Assembly: GCA_002633005.1 (NCBI GenBank)
Contig: NMRA01000143.1
Span: 563,402-627,401 of the forward strand
DNA length: 64,000 bases
Direction of reading: 5' to 3'
From: Phoronis australis
Taxonomy: Eukaryota; Animalia; Phoronida
Every line of letters begins with the position of its first letter. The first letter of the stretch is position 1. The notes under the pieces were generated by a model. That model was given only the letters and a program-made list of their open reading frames with translations, had not been told where the DNA came from and searched no databases. A program made the translations under genes and the position numbers. Shown piece after piece: positions 52,655 through 64,000 of the stretch.

Positions 52655-53250
52655 TATGAATTCTGTCATGGCTGTCATCAAAGAGGACTTTTCTAGTTTG
52701 AATACTGAACTGTTAAAGTTGAAGGCGCAGAACAAGGAATTCAGAGAAAAATTAAACCTTTTTGGGTAGTACTGCAGGAGAAATAGTATTAGAATCTACG
52801 ATGTGCAAGAGGAAGAAACAGAAAACTGTCTCCAAACTGTGAAAGATTTCTTTGAGAAGTCAATGAAGTTGAAAGTTACTGCTACAGAAATTGGCGGTGC
52901 TCATAGAATTGGAACTGTCAATAGCCTGGATGAAAAGGAGGTTACGTTCGCTGTCGCAGGCGTCTACTGTGAGTGTGAAACCAAGACCATTGTCTCCTAC
53001 CAGAAGTAATGAAAGTAAAAAAATCCTCGGATGAAAGCGACAGGTCATCATATTCCGGAATATTTGGCCCACCAGAGCTACAAATTGTTGAAGGCATCTT
53101 TTCAAGACCCCCGGGTGAAGAGTAGCTGGTCGAGCGATAGTCGTATTTTCATCCAGTTGACCGATAAAAACAATGCGAAACTGATGAAGAATGAAGCCAG
53201 CATATAATTCTTTTTGATACTGTCGTTGCAACAGGCATTGCCCAGTATCG
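52655..53250 (+). pseudogene. Degraded LINE ORF1-like (coiled-coil plus RRM, Transposase_22-type) remnant
   Basis: RRNSIRIYDVQEEETENCLQTVKDFFEKSMKL...IGGAHRIG matches the RxxNIRIxG...AHRxG pattern; preceded by a heptad-like segment and broken by frameshifts. Confidence 0.6.
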
Positions 53251-56200
53251 ACACGGAAACTGACTGACGGAGACTGTAACTTTCAGTTATGTTTTTGTTC
53301 GCGCTATCTTTCGTCTGTTTGTGTACATGCGCAAGTGGATGTTATTTGGTTTACGACATGGATAAGTCTTACTTACGTTTTGGTGAGAGGAATTCCTAAC
53401 GATTATCATGGCTAAGCATAACTAGCTCACTTTAAATTGTAGGGGCTTATTTCTGGATTATTTCTTGGAAACCATTATACATCAAACGACTCCGCCCTAT
53501 GGAATATGGTTGAGTAAATACCACGAGGACTGCGCGGTTTGATATTAATTGACGTTACACCAGATACAAGTTCTCACACTGATGAAGGTGACATCATAAA
53601 GTGTTACAGTGTTCTTAGAAAAACGCTATTGGGTTGATGGGGCTACCCTCATTGTAAATATCACATTAATAAATAAATAATAAAAGGCTGTGCGACACGT
53701 TTAGGATATTCAGTGATAAACACTTGATCGCACTTTTTACTTTTTAAAAATTTATGACACTTATACCTTATCTAGAAAGTGTAGCCAAACGTCGCTCGGC
53801 TGCTTTGTAGACTGGCTGAGAACCTTGTGGCGTAGTCTCATGTTCAAATGGCACCGGCACCAAGGAGTTTTTTAAATTCCGACAACAGTGCTCGTCACCA
53901 GCACGAGTGCCCCAAGTCATTAGTGATTGTTCCACCCGGAGAGATGAGCAGGATGTTGGTGTAAATAAACCAATGGATTTTAGAAATGACATTACCACAT
54001 CATCACCTGACCTCACAGCCGTTTCAGGAAACAATTCATGATACATTGGGTTTTGGTATCGGCCATGTAATGATGCGCAGCCGGACATTTTAATGACTTT
54101 TTGTGGCACCCCATAGTGACCTTAATGACGCGATGGATTTTGGGTGAAAATAAAATCACGTAGGAAGTGGCGGGAAATGACACCTGGGATTCAGGGATAG
54201 CCAAACGCAACTGAACATTTTTATCGAAATCATCTGTTTACAATTTGAAGTTAAAGCTTCCCTTTCTCCTAATTGGCTGGCTGAAAAGGACACATCAACA
54301 CATAGAATCAGACATGTTTTTCTCATAGAATTGTCACATAATATCCCTTACCGTAGTAGGATGCCATCCCCGTTATTGGCACTAATGCGTCAAAACAAAA
54401 GCGCCATTTTCGAGTTCGCATTTTTAAGATTGGCCAACACTAGTTAATTCTGGAGGGATTTCTTGGGTCTCTGATGGTTTCGCTCTTCCTGTTAGCAACG
54501 TTAACAGTCACGTCACAATTATTGCGAGACCGATTTTATGAAAATCAAATTCCTATTTTGTTTTTAGACAGCTAACTAGGGCGAAACACAGCTTCAATTT
54601 GCTTTCTTTCTTTCACGGTCTTGAAGACGTTCTCAATTGTTTTAATACTTACTTGTACTTTCAAGAAACTTAAGGATGTCATTAGCATGTAGACCTTTTA
54701 CAAGTGATAGTTAAGCCAGCAACTGAATCAAATCCGAACTCGGTGATTAATATAATGACATTTGACCTATCTTGATAATTAACTATTTTTCGAAACGTTT
54801 TGTAGGAAAACATGATCATCTTTGACTGCAACTCCGCAAAATACAAACGCCTTCGGAAAGACTGAGGGTTCAGAGCTAAGAGCAAAGTTGGAATTTGGTT
54901 TGGTATTAAAAATCTGCAATAGTAAATAAAGAAAACACAACCTTACGTCCAGACAACTGATCGGCCCATTAAACTATTTTGCATTATTGAAAACATTCTT
55001 GGAAGAGCCGTACTAAACGTTTCGAAAACGTAATTATCCTTGTGGAAGACATGTCACTTTGGAAATACGAAAGGCGCAACAGAGGCGCTTAAATTAGAAA
55101 ACGCAAATGCATGACAAATTTTCCACATAATATCGCATTACGACAACATGGTATGCTTCAGCACACCCTTCGGACCCAAGGTTATCTCCTTTTTGCTGCG
55201 GCGATATAAAGCGCCGCTATCTCCCGTGCGCCCCTCAGACAAGCCTGGACGCCATGATTCGTCTGTTAGTAGTTGTCGGGGCTTTACTGGCCTCCGCCAA
55301 CTCCAAGACAGTCCAGAAACGGGCGGGTACGTATTATTATTGAATACAATTCTTATAAACTCTACGCCATTATTCCACGTTTCTATGAAGCGACATTGCA
55401 TGGTTCTGTTTTGGAGACAAATAACTTATTTTTGTCGTCATCATAAGTAAAAAAACGAACCAGTCCTCTGGAAAATACTGCCTTGATAATGAATGAGACA
55501 AACATGTGAGCAAGTTTTATGAACTGTGCACAGATGTTGCATTTAAAGTTAATATGAAGCAAGAAAGACGGTTTGGGCGCTTAAAAGGATACTAAACCCG
55601 ATTTTTGACTTAGTAAACGGATACTGATGCCGGCTTAAAACTTTGAAACAAAAAGACGCTATGCGGACCTTGGACAATCCTAAAAAATTTCCCAACTTCC
55701 ATAACGCTGTACAAAATATGTTAAATTAGCATGGATTGCGTTACTAACGCTTCGGCATCAAGCTTGGGTTTAACTATCGTTTTTAATCTGACAATATCTA
55801 TTAAACTCGTTGAAGTGCAGCAGTGTCAACATAAAACACTTAAAGCACAAAACAGAAGTTAAAATGAACCTCTCAAAGACGTTCGGTAATCGATGTTCAG
55901 TTGTCAATCGATTTTATTTTCATCTAGTCGAAAAATGTTGCATACCTCCTGAGAGTTCACTTATTCGTCACTCACGCAACCCACTTGACGTCACAAATAT
56001 TTTTTAATTTTAAGTAGCCTGGTGTTAAACAGGATGTGGAGTCAAACAAAGTACAGATTGCAAGAGAAAGGTGAAATTCTTGTGGAATACAAACAAAATT
56101 AATTCGATTTTGTCAAATTTTACCGCCCCCAACTCCCCAACGAATCTGCTATATTGAAACAACTTTCACCCCCACCCCACCCCCATCGTCAACAATTTAG

Positions 56201-57586
56201 AAAACTCCCCCTGTCGTCACAGGGTTCCTAGGCTTTCCCATTTGGGGGCAAATTACATAGAATTTCCCGCATTTCATCCATACATGTATATTTCACACTA
56301 TTCACGCACGTTATTTCACATTAGATGCACATCTTGTGAACATTTGCTGTTGAGGGTACATTTTCCTGAATTTCTTCTTATAGGCAATAATCAATGAATT
56401 CAATTGTTCGTTAAATGTTATATAGCCAAAAACATCCAGTAGACTTGATAATTAAAAAATTTATTCAGCGTAGTGAATGCTTACAATTAACTACGAGTTC
56501 TTACTAAATTAGCTTACAACTGCAAACATGACCTAAACATTGCATTCGATTTTCGTAATTACTGTACCTACACACGTAAGTAAGTAAACCAACATACGAA
56601 CCCTTAAATGTTGCAGTAAGTTAATACTGACGTGCTGAGCCGCCAAATGCATGGAACACTGCTCAAAAAGGGTTACACGTGTGCGTAGTTATGTTATAGT
56701 GCTTTCAGCACTGTTCCATTAGTGTGCTCCATTGTTCCAGTCCAGTATCCCTGCTCCATTGTTCCAGTCCAGTATCCCTGCTCAACTCTCATCCTTCATA
56801 CTCTTCTCTCTCTTTAAATTTCCAAGAAATTTGACAAATGAGTGTAATTTTTCAGGGAAGAGCAGATGGGAAACTTTGATTTACATGTCATTCGGTGTAT
56901 ACATGTAGCTTGTGGGCTTTCATCCTATTATGGAAAAATACTGTTTTAGAAGAAAGGTTACTAAGAAACGAGTCATGATGGACCTGGTGCAGGTTTTGGT
57001 TTCAGGAACATGGTTCTCGTTTGAATTGTAAAGAAAAACGGTTAGGAATTTTTCCATTGCATCACACTGCTTTTAACAAAAGTTGGAGAATTTCAAAATT
57101 TTAGAAAATGAAAATTTCTGAATCAATGCGCTCTACAGAAAGTCATCATAACCAGTCGTGTTTAAGGGCACTTCCTTTTGACTCACTACCTAAAATGCAA
57201 CTAAAGAAACAGATCGCTCTAATACACACCATTTTAAAAACTGATCTCCGTCATTAAACTTGTCATTCAAGGCGTCAACACAAAGACGAGAACAATTACA
57301 CTTGCTGGGGTGCCAACTCGTCCGAAACTGGGTACGTCCAAGTAAATGGGAGGTGACCCTTTAATTAAGGCAAGCGAAACTTTGAGACAAATTGAGAGAG
57401 CTATTTTCGAGATTTTTAAGTTGATGTCGTAATGTTAAATCATCTTTCTGAAAGCTTGAACCTCTGAAAAATATCAATTTTGTGACTTTGTTTTTTAGTT
57501 ATAATTTTTTATAAATCCGTTTTCTCTCACTGTAAATCTTCCTAGGGTAAGATGTTCAACCTAATGTCGTGAATTTAAAACTCATT

Positions 57587-57955
57587 ACATTTAGCCAATG
57601 TACAAACACTCCAAATTAATAACTCTATTTACTACTCACTACATTTAGCCAATGTACAAACACTCCAAATTAATAACTCTGTTTATTACTCACTACATTT
57701 AGCCAATGTACAAACACTCCAAATTAATAACTGTATTTAATACAAACTACATTTAACCAATGCACAAACACGCCAAATTAATAACTCTATTTACTACTCA
57801 CTACATTTAGCCAATGTACAAACACGCCAAATTAATAACTGTATTTAATACTCACTACATTTAGCCAATGTACAAACACGCCAAATTAATAACTCTATTT
57901 ACTACTGACTACATTTATCCAATGTACAAACACGCCCAATTAATAACTCTATTTC
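57587..57955. repeat. Minisatellite with a 54-bp unit, 7 copies
   Basis: acatttagccaatgtacaaacac recurs every 54 bp from 57587 to 57911. Confidence 0.95.
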
Positions 57956-60900
57956 AGTTTCTTAGGAATTAGGAGCAAACAGATATCCGACTTGCTTTTT
58001 TGAGTAGTGTATAAAGCAAAGGCGCACTTAGCAAAGGCGCACTTAGCAAAGGCGCACTTAGCGTGGCATTTGAGATTTCTTCTAGTTATTGTTAAGTTGC
58101 ACGATTTTTTCAAATCCGTACTTTCCAGTAAGCAATTTTAAGCAATTCCCGGAGACATATGCACAGATGCCTGATCAAGGTTTCCGACGGTGCAATGGAG
58201 GTCTCCCCCAGCAATTTTTCAGAGTTTGTGGTAGCTATTACAGCTTAAAGGTATAGGCCTATTGTCGGTTTTAGGACGAAAAAACGGTTTGTTGTTGGTG
58301 TTATTGTTAGCCGGGGTAAATTTCATGAAGTTATATCTCAGACTTTCCGAAAATAGGCCCACCTAAAAGTACGCCAATGGGCGTATTTTTGGTTATTAAT
58401 AGCATGTTTTGAGATTCTGACGGATTGTTCTACAATACGTGTGCAGTCGCCATTTAAAAGTTAGCCTCTTTTTAGGTTTCAAAAATAATGCAATCTTCTC
58501 TAAATAACAGTGCAAAGTGTGATTTTTTCGCGTGCCACGTTTTATTTATGTCTCAAATGTATTGCAACTAAAATGGTGACTGCCTGAAAAAGGTGTATAT
58601 GTTTTGATGTGAAATTTTTGCTTAATTTGGAAAGACATTGCGTCGTGATATCACTCAAAGGATCATTTAACAAGAAATTGAATGACTTTGTTCAGTATTA
58701 ATTAACCGCATTGGCACAATATGAAGGACTGTTTTAACGCCCTGTGTTTCCTGAATGCAAAATAATAATAGACGAATAAATTTCTTACCACTGAGATACA
58801 AACACATACATTGAACAGGACTAGTTTACTTAACAAAACTTCACAAGAAGATTAACAAAAATGCACAAAAGTGTTCGTTGCATGCGTTAATGCATGGGCG
58901 GCGCAGCACTAAAAAATATGGGGTCTAAAGCCCTTTCAGTCCCCCTGTGATGCACCGCCTACATACCATGTGCAGCGTAGCACTGAAAAAAGTGGGGGGG
59001 GGGCTGTAGCCCCCCCAGCCCCCTATGGTGCGCCGCCCATGTAATTGTTAATGTGTTGCTCTTTCACTTCCATCAAACAATTACTTTGTCTTTAAATGGA
59101 TCCGTTTCGCTAAAGTCTTCAAATGGGTTCCTTTCGTCGTCGTCCTCAAATACGCCCCCGCTATACACATCGTGAAACGTTTGACACAGTTTCCGAAAAT
59201 ATTCCCCCTTCCGACAGTACGGCTCGGGCGTATGTTCGGTTTCACTTGTCGTTCCGAAAGGTCGTTTTCCGAATATTCGCCCATGGACCCATTTACGGAA
59301 AATCCAGCTATCCACAAAGGTCAGGAGTTTGTCTCCATCTTGGGTCTGATAAAACTCATACCATTTCGCTTGCATTTGTACTTCAGTAATCGCACAAATC
59401 TTTGTTCACGATTTGGGCACCTAACGATCAATGAATGTTCCATACGATTGTTTATACCGACCATCTGATCTACATGTGCACAGCCAGTGACGCGCGAACA
59501 ATTCGTTCTCCATAATTAATGCTTTCCTAAAAACTATTTTTAAAAGAGATACTATTCTAAAATTCTCTGGGGAAAAGCGATGACATCGTCGGGAATTACA
59601 TGACTATGTTTTCGTGCAATTCACTAGTTGTGGTCTTCAGCTTTACTAAATATTCATCTTATGAATCTTGCGAATGTTGGTGTTTTTTAAATACGTTTAT
59701 TGTTGAGGGTCTTGTCTTGATGGTGCGGTGCTTTGCATGAACATGTATTTTTTCTTGGCAAGGAGGTAATTACAAGGGCCCCCTAAAGAGCAGACCCACA
59801 CTGAGAGGTAAATCCGAGAATGGTCCTCTGCTTCTTCGAGAGATTGACCCTAAATACGTAGAGATGGACCGTAAGTCCCAATGCATAAATCCGATACGGC
59901 CAGTTAAATAAGGACTTCTTTGCTAATTTAAAATTTTAACTCATCTCCCTTCATAAAGGTGTCGTTGATCAGTTTTGCCTGAATCTACCGGATGTCACCA
60001 AGGTTTAGCCCCACTTGCCTGCAGATTACGGTTGTCCTGATAGGATGCTTTTAGAGGCGGGGGGGGAGCATAATATGCTGGTTGGTCATGTGTCTATTTC
60101 ATCTACAGTCGGAAAAACTGTTGAGGACTGAAATATTGAAATATATTGAACGCATGTTGTTCCCGCCAGCGCTTTTTTATTTCCCATCTTACCAGAGACC
60201 AGAGATTATCATATTTTATTTTAGTATTTTTTTCACTACCTATTCCTTGTACTTTTATTAGTCATGACCTTATATCGCCTACCACGGTCTATATTCCATA
60301 ATCGGTTACGCACGCACCATTTATATATTATTCGGGACATATGTCGATCATAAATTATTTTGTGCAGTTAACTCCAGTTCAGTTGGTGTTGCATTACACT
60401 GTTCCAGGTCAGAGCTCGGCGGAAACGTGACGGATAAAACGTAAACAAAGAGTTATTATCATATAGAAAGGTCTTGTCAATCATTTAATTTGTTTTGCCG
60501 GTGTGAGAATGTTAAAGAAGAGTAACATTCACAACTATATCCTTTTATTAACGTTGTAGTTACGTCATTAAATTTTCGTTCAATACCTTATTAGTCTATT
60601 CCGTCAAACTTAACAACGGGATGACGAAATGTCCATTTTCTATGTTGTTGCCATCGTCCGTAGTTTACAGAGTAATGGATCTCTAGAAAAATACCAAAAA
60701 CGGAACAGCCACAGTGCCCGGATAAAATTTCTGCTGAACCGGCAACCATTTATCTTCTTATCGGGTTAAACCTATACTGTCAGGTCCACGCTGGCATTTA
60801 GTCAATGACGTCATGAACAGTGCATTATCTGCGTACCATACCTCTTTATCAGAAGCTATAGGGATCTTAGTAGTCGTACAATAACAAAGAATTTTGGTGG

Positions 60901-61185
60901 AGATAAAAATGGAGTTACGGATGCACAGGTTGGATTCGCCGATTGCTTTAAATTGTTTTAAATTTGATTCACAGTAAACTTTTGATAAAAATTATAGATA
61001 GCAATGAATACTAGACGATTCTTTTAAAGCTGGGCTTTCGGGATCGAACGAAGTGTTCTGCGCGATGTTGGCGTGAGCATAAGATCAGTGACGTCATACC
61101 GCTTTTAGGGATACCATGAACGTTTCGCCGTGGGCATTGTAATTTCCTCCCCCCTTGTGACATACTGGATCAGTCAGTGTCTTTC

Positions 61186-61820
61186 AGTGGCGGATCTAGG
61201 ATACCATAAGGGGGGGGGCAACATGTTGCCTCGGGGAATTGGGCGAAGGGCGAAGGACGATTTCATTTGCGCAGGCGGCCGGAAAGTTGCGAGGACTGAG
61301 GATGTGGACCTTCTGTTCAGAAACTCTAGGTAGACTAAAAAAAAAACAAAAAAAAAACGGGGACACAATTCCGCTGGGGCATGAGCCCCCCCCTCATCCT
61401 GTACTTACTGAACTCAATATTTCAGCACGCTTCACGCTGTTGCTGTTTCATTTTGCTTGCGGNCTAGCCACATTATGGGGTCTAAGTGTCATGAAGTAGG
61501 TATAAAACGTTATTCCAGATTTTTAGAAATCGAGTCAAATTTGTTGTCTTCAGTGGCGAATATCACAAGGGGGAGGGATCAACATTTTGTCTGTAAACAT
61601 TTGCTCAAAGCAGATTGTAGATGCGCATAGCACCGAATGGGGGGAGGTCGGGAGGGGGGTTTGCGCCCAGGAAATTTTTCTGTTTTTTCCTCTAAAAATT
61701 AAGCATTTCCTTGACTCAGCCGTATAATTTAAATTACCGGGATTAATTAATAAAATCAACATTTCCCTACGCTCTTGCGGGGGGGGAGGGAGGTGGCCCC
61801 AATCCTAAATCCTCCTATGG
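61186..61820. mobile_element. Cluster of CAGTGGCG(G/A)-terminated GC-rich short interspersed elements; relatives at ~16690-16873, 26670-26848, 48723-48900 and 51612-51790
   Basis: Shared cagtggcggatct / agatccgcc-type ends and a shared ggggaggtcgggagggggtt core; 61551-61710 is the reverse complement of ~16690-16860. Confidence 0.6.
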
Positions 61821-63169
61821 TCTTACTTTGTATTCATGAAATGAGTAAAAAATGCACTTTCACTCGCATCCCCAATACAACTTGTTCGGGTACGTGTGCG
61901 GCACTGCATGCCTTTCACACACGTGACTTAAGAATGACATGCAGTCGATGTCGATTACAGCATAGGGTTAAAATATCCTTGAAAAAAACACTGACCATTT
62001 CATTGACAAGGAATATCAATTGGAAGCATAGATTTGTCCTTCTCAATTATCATGGGAAACTTTGACCCACGCTGTTTGTAATAACGACACGATCAGTGAA
62101 ATGTATTAAATCCGCGAGAGGATAAATCGACTCGCACCAAAGATAAGACATTATGAAACCTGTCATCCTGCCTCGGCTTAGCTACAGAGGTATTTTGTTG
62201 AATTAGATTCAATTCAGAAAAGTAAGCGTGTCCCCGTTTCGCTTTTATCGACTCCGAGATTCTCACGTGTACCGATTAGGATCTTTGATTGAAATCTTAA
62301 TTAAAATTTGTTTATTCAAACTTAGAGCCTTGGTGTTTTTATCATTTTAAAACGCCCTTCTTAGTGAAGAGTATATTTAAAACGCAGTGTGTGTGCTTAT
62401 TTCAATCAGAATTTTGCTATCAACAAAGTTTAGTTTATTTTTAGATTACAAACGTAGCAGTTCCGAATGTGTGAGCAAACGGCCTTAACAAGTTGAACAA
62501 CAATAAGATAGGTGCGCGACCATGAAGGTAAAAAAATTAGGTAGAAATCTCGGTCAAGGACTTCTGAATCCTCGTTTGAACCAAAAAAGCGAAAGGGTTT
62601 TCAATTAAATTGAACATTGAAGTATGTTTGTCTTCCGACGTGTCCACAAGTGCATTGTCACACCAGCCTCGACTTCAAAAGACGAATATATTGGTGAAAA
62701 ACGGAGTTTTGACAGGTTTTCAGTTATTATGCATACATGTAAAACCGATTGGCAAAGTTTTATTCTTCAAATTTCCAAACGTGAATTATGTGGATGCAAA
62801 CAACCGACTAGACCAGTCTCATGCCGTCTGTATCGCAAAAGTCCGAGTCCATCGCTGACACAACCAGTACATTTTCTCTCTATTTCTGTTGAAGTCTTAA
62901 GCAAAAGTAGAATACACTCTTCGCTGTATTTCAATCTAAATGTGTGAAAACTATCGTTCTGCTCATGCAATGCTCCAATTCAAGCCAAATGCAACCGTAA
63001 CTTGTAATTTTTGTATCCTTTTATATCCGCCAGCCGCATTAAATTTTATCGGTAGCCATGCAAAAGTCTTTTCTCACAAGTAGGCCTACTAAGAAAGAAG
63101 TTAATGTCAAAAAATCATTGCGATCCATCTGAAAAGCCGACTAAAAAGTACCTGTTTTAATCATTTCAG

Positions 63170-63890
63170 ACTCCTGGCTAAAGTATAATGGTGCCGAATA
63201 TTTATTTGTGAAACAGGCAAAATCTTGGGATGACGCCTTGGCACATTGCAAATCACGAGGAAGTACATTAGCGACACCTGAAGGGCCAGCTGAAAACACA
63301 TGGGTTGCTCAGCAAGTGGGTATATGATCGGATTTTTACCACAGTCAGTCGTTTCCTTACGTTCTTAGCCAGTTTCATGTACTGTATCACACACTATGTC
63401 TTAAATCTGGCATCCAAGACAATGACCTAAGTTGTACGTTGTATACTTTTTACTATTGGTGCCAAGTATGACCATAATCGTCTGCTGACCTGTTGCTGTG
63501 CCTTCCGTCAAGGAAGCTAACTTATGATTTAAACTCCTTGTTGCTGTAACATTAGGTCCATATTCACATTTGAAGTGATTGCAATAGACGAGGCTCAATT
63601 ATTTGTCTGATAATTTTCTGTGGCAAGAGTGGCCTTAAGTATGAACAAATCGTCCATTTAAGCAAAGAAAAGGAATACCGACGAGTTTAATAGCGGTTAG
63701 CGTTCCAAGCCAAATTCAGTTTTTGTGACAGAAAGACGAGTTTATATGTATTTGCATTATTCAATCAAAAGTTTTGTGCTGTCACTGCAGGCAAAGGCGG
63801 CTGGTCTGGCATCTCCGTGGATTGGAGTCAATGACAAAGTGAAGGAGAACATATTTCGTCGACCTGATGGTACAGTTGTCTCGTACAAAG
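63170..63890 (+). CDS. C-type lectin domain protein; exons 63170-63315 and 63791-63890 (continues beyond the window; 5' exon unresolved)
   Basis: SWLKYNGAEYLFVKQAKSWDDALAHCKSRGSTLATPEGPAENTWVAQQ|AKAAGLASPWIGVNDKVKENIFRRPDGTVVSYK shows the CTLD W-A-C-LA-E and WIG motifs, with canonical phase-0 splice sites. Not in the ORF track. Confidence 0.9.
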
Positions 63891-64000
63891 GTGAGACATC
63901 ATGTATACGTATTACATGCGGATTTTTCCAACTAGGGGAAGGAATGGGCAAAAGATTATCCACAAGCATAATTTCTGGTTGTGATCATGGCAAAAATGAT

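Noticed and set aside
57587-57955. CRISPR-like or regulatory CCAAT array
   Set aside because: Head-to-tail 54-bp units without spacers; an ordinary minisatellite.

Overview
Repeat-rich eukaryotic (invertebrate-like) genomic DNA with spliceosomal introns, so most of the supplied ORF track is non-genic. Supported host genes: (1) an intronless PSMG4 (proteasome assembly chaperone 4) CDS at 7509-7910; (2) SMIM8 starting only 363 nt downstream on the same strand, with two different 159-nt terminal exons, one of them present twice; (3) a minus-strand gene with three Ig domains, reconstructed from seven phase-compatible exons over 24.1-44.5 kb; (4) two exons of a C-type lectin at the right edge; (5) at the left edge, a PHD-like C-terminus converging on a spliced gene with an RFX-like winged helix. 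The rest is mostly mobile DNA: a Kolobok-type THAP element, L1/Tx1 remnants, a Penelope GIY-YIG fragment with a degenerate hammerhead, Helentron-like non-autonomous elements, MITEs and minisatellites. Two ~2 kb near-identical tandem duplications each join at a single N beside an insertion polymorphism and are probably uncollapsed haplotypes. The most interesting signal is the PSMG4/SMIM8 locus. PSMG4 appears to sit inside a 5'UTR intron of SMIM8, or on a bicistronic transcript with it, and SMIM8 has alternative paralogous C-terminal exons. All family assignments are by eye; no searches were run.
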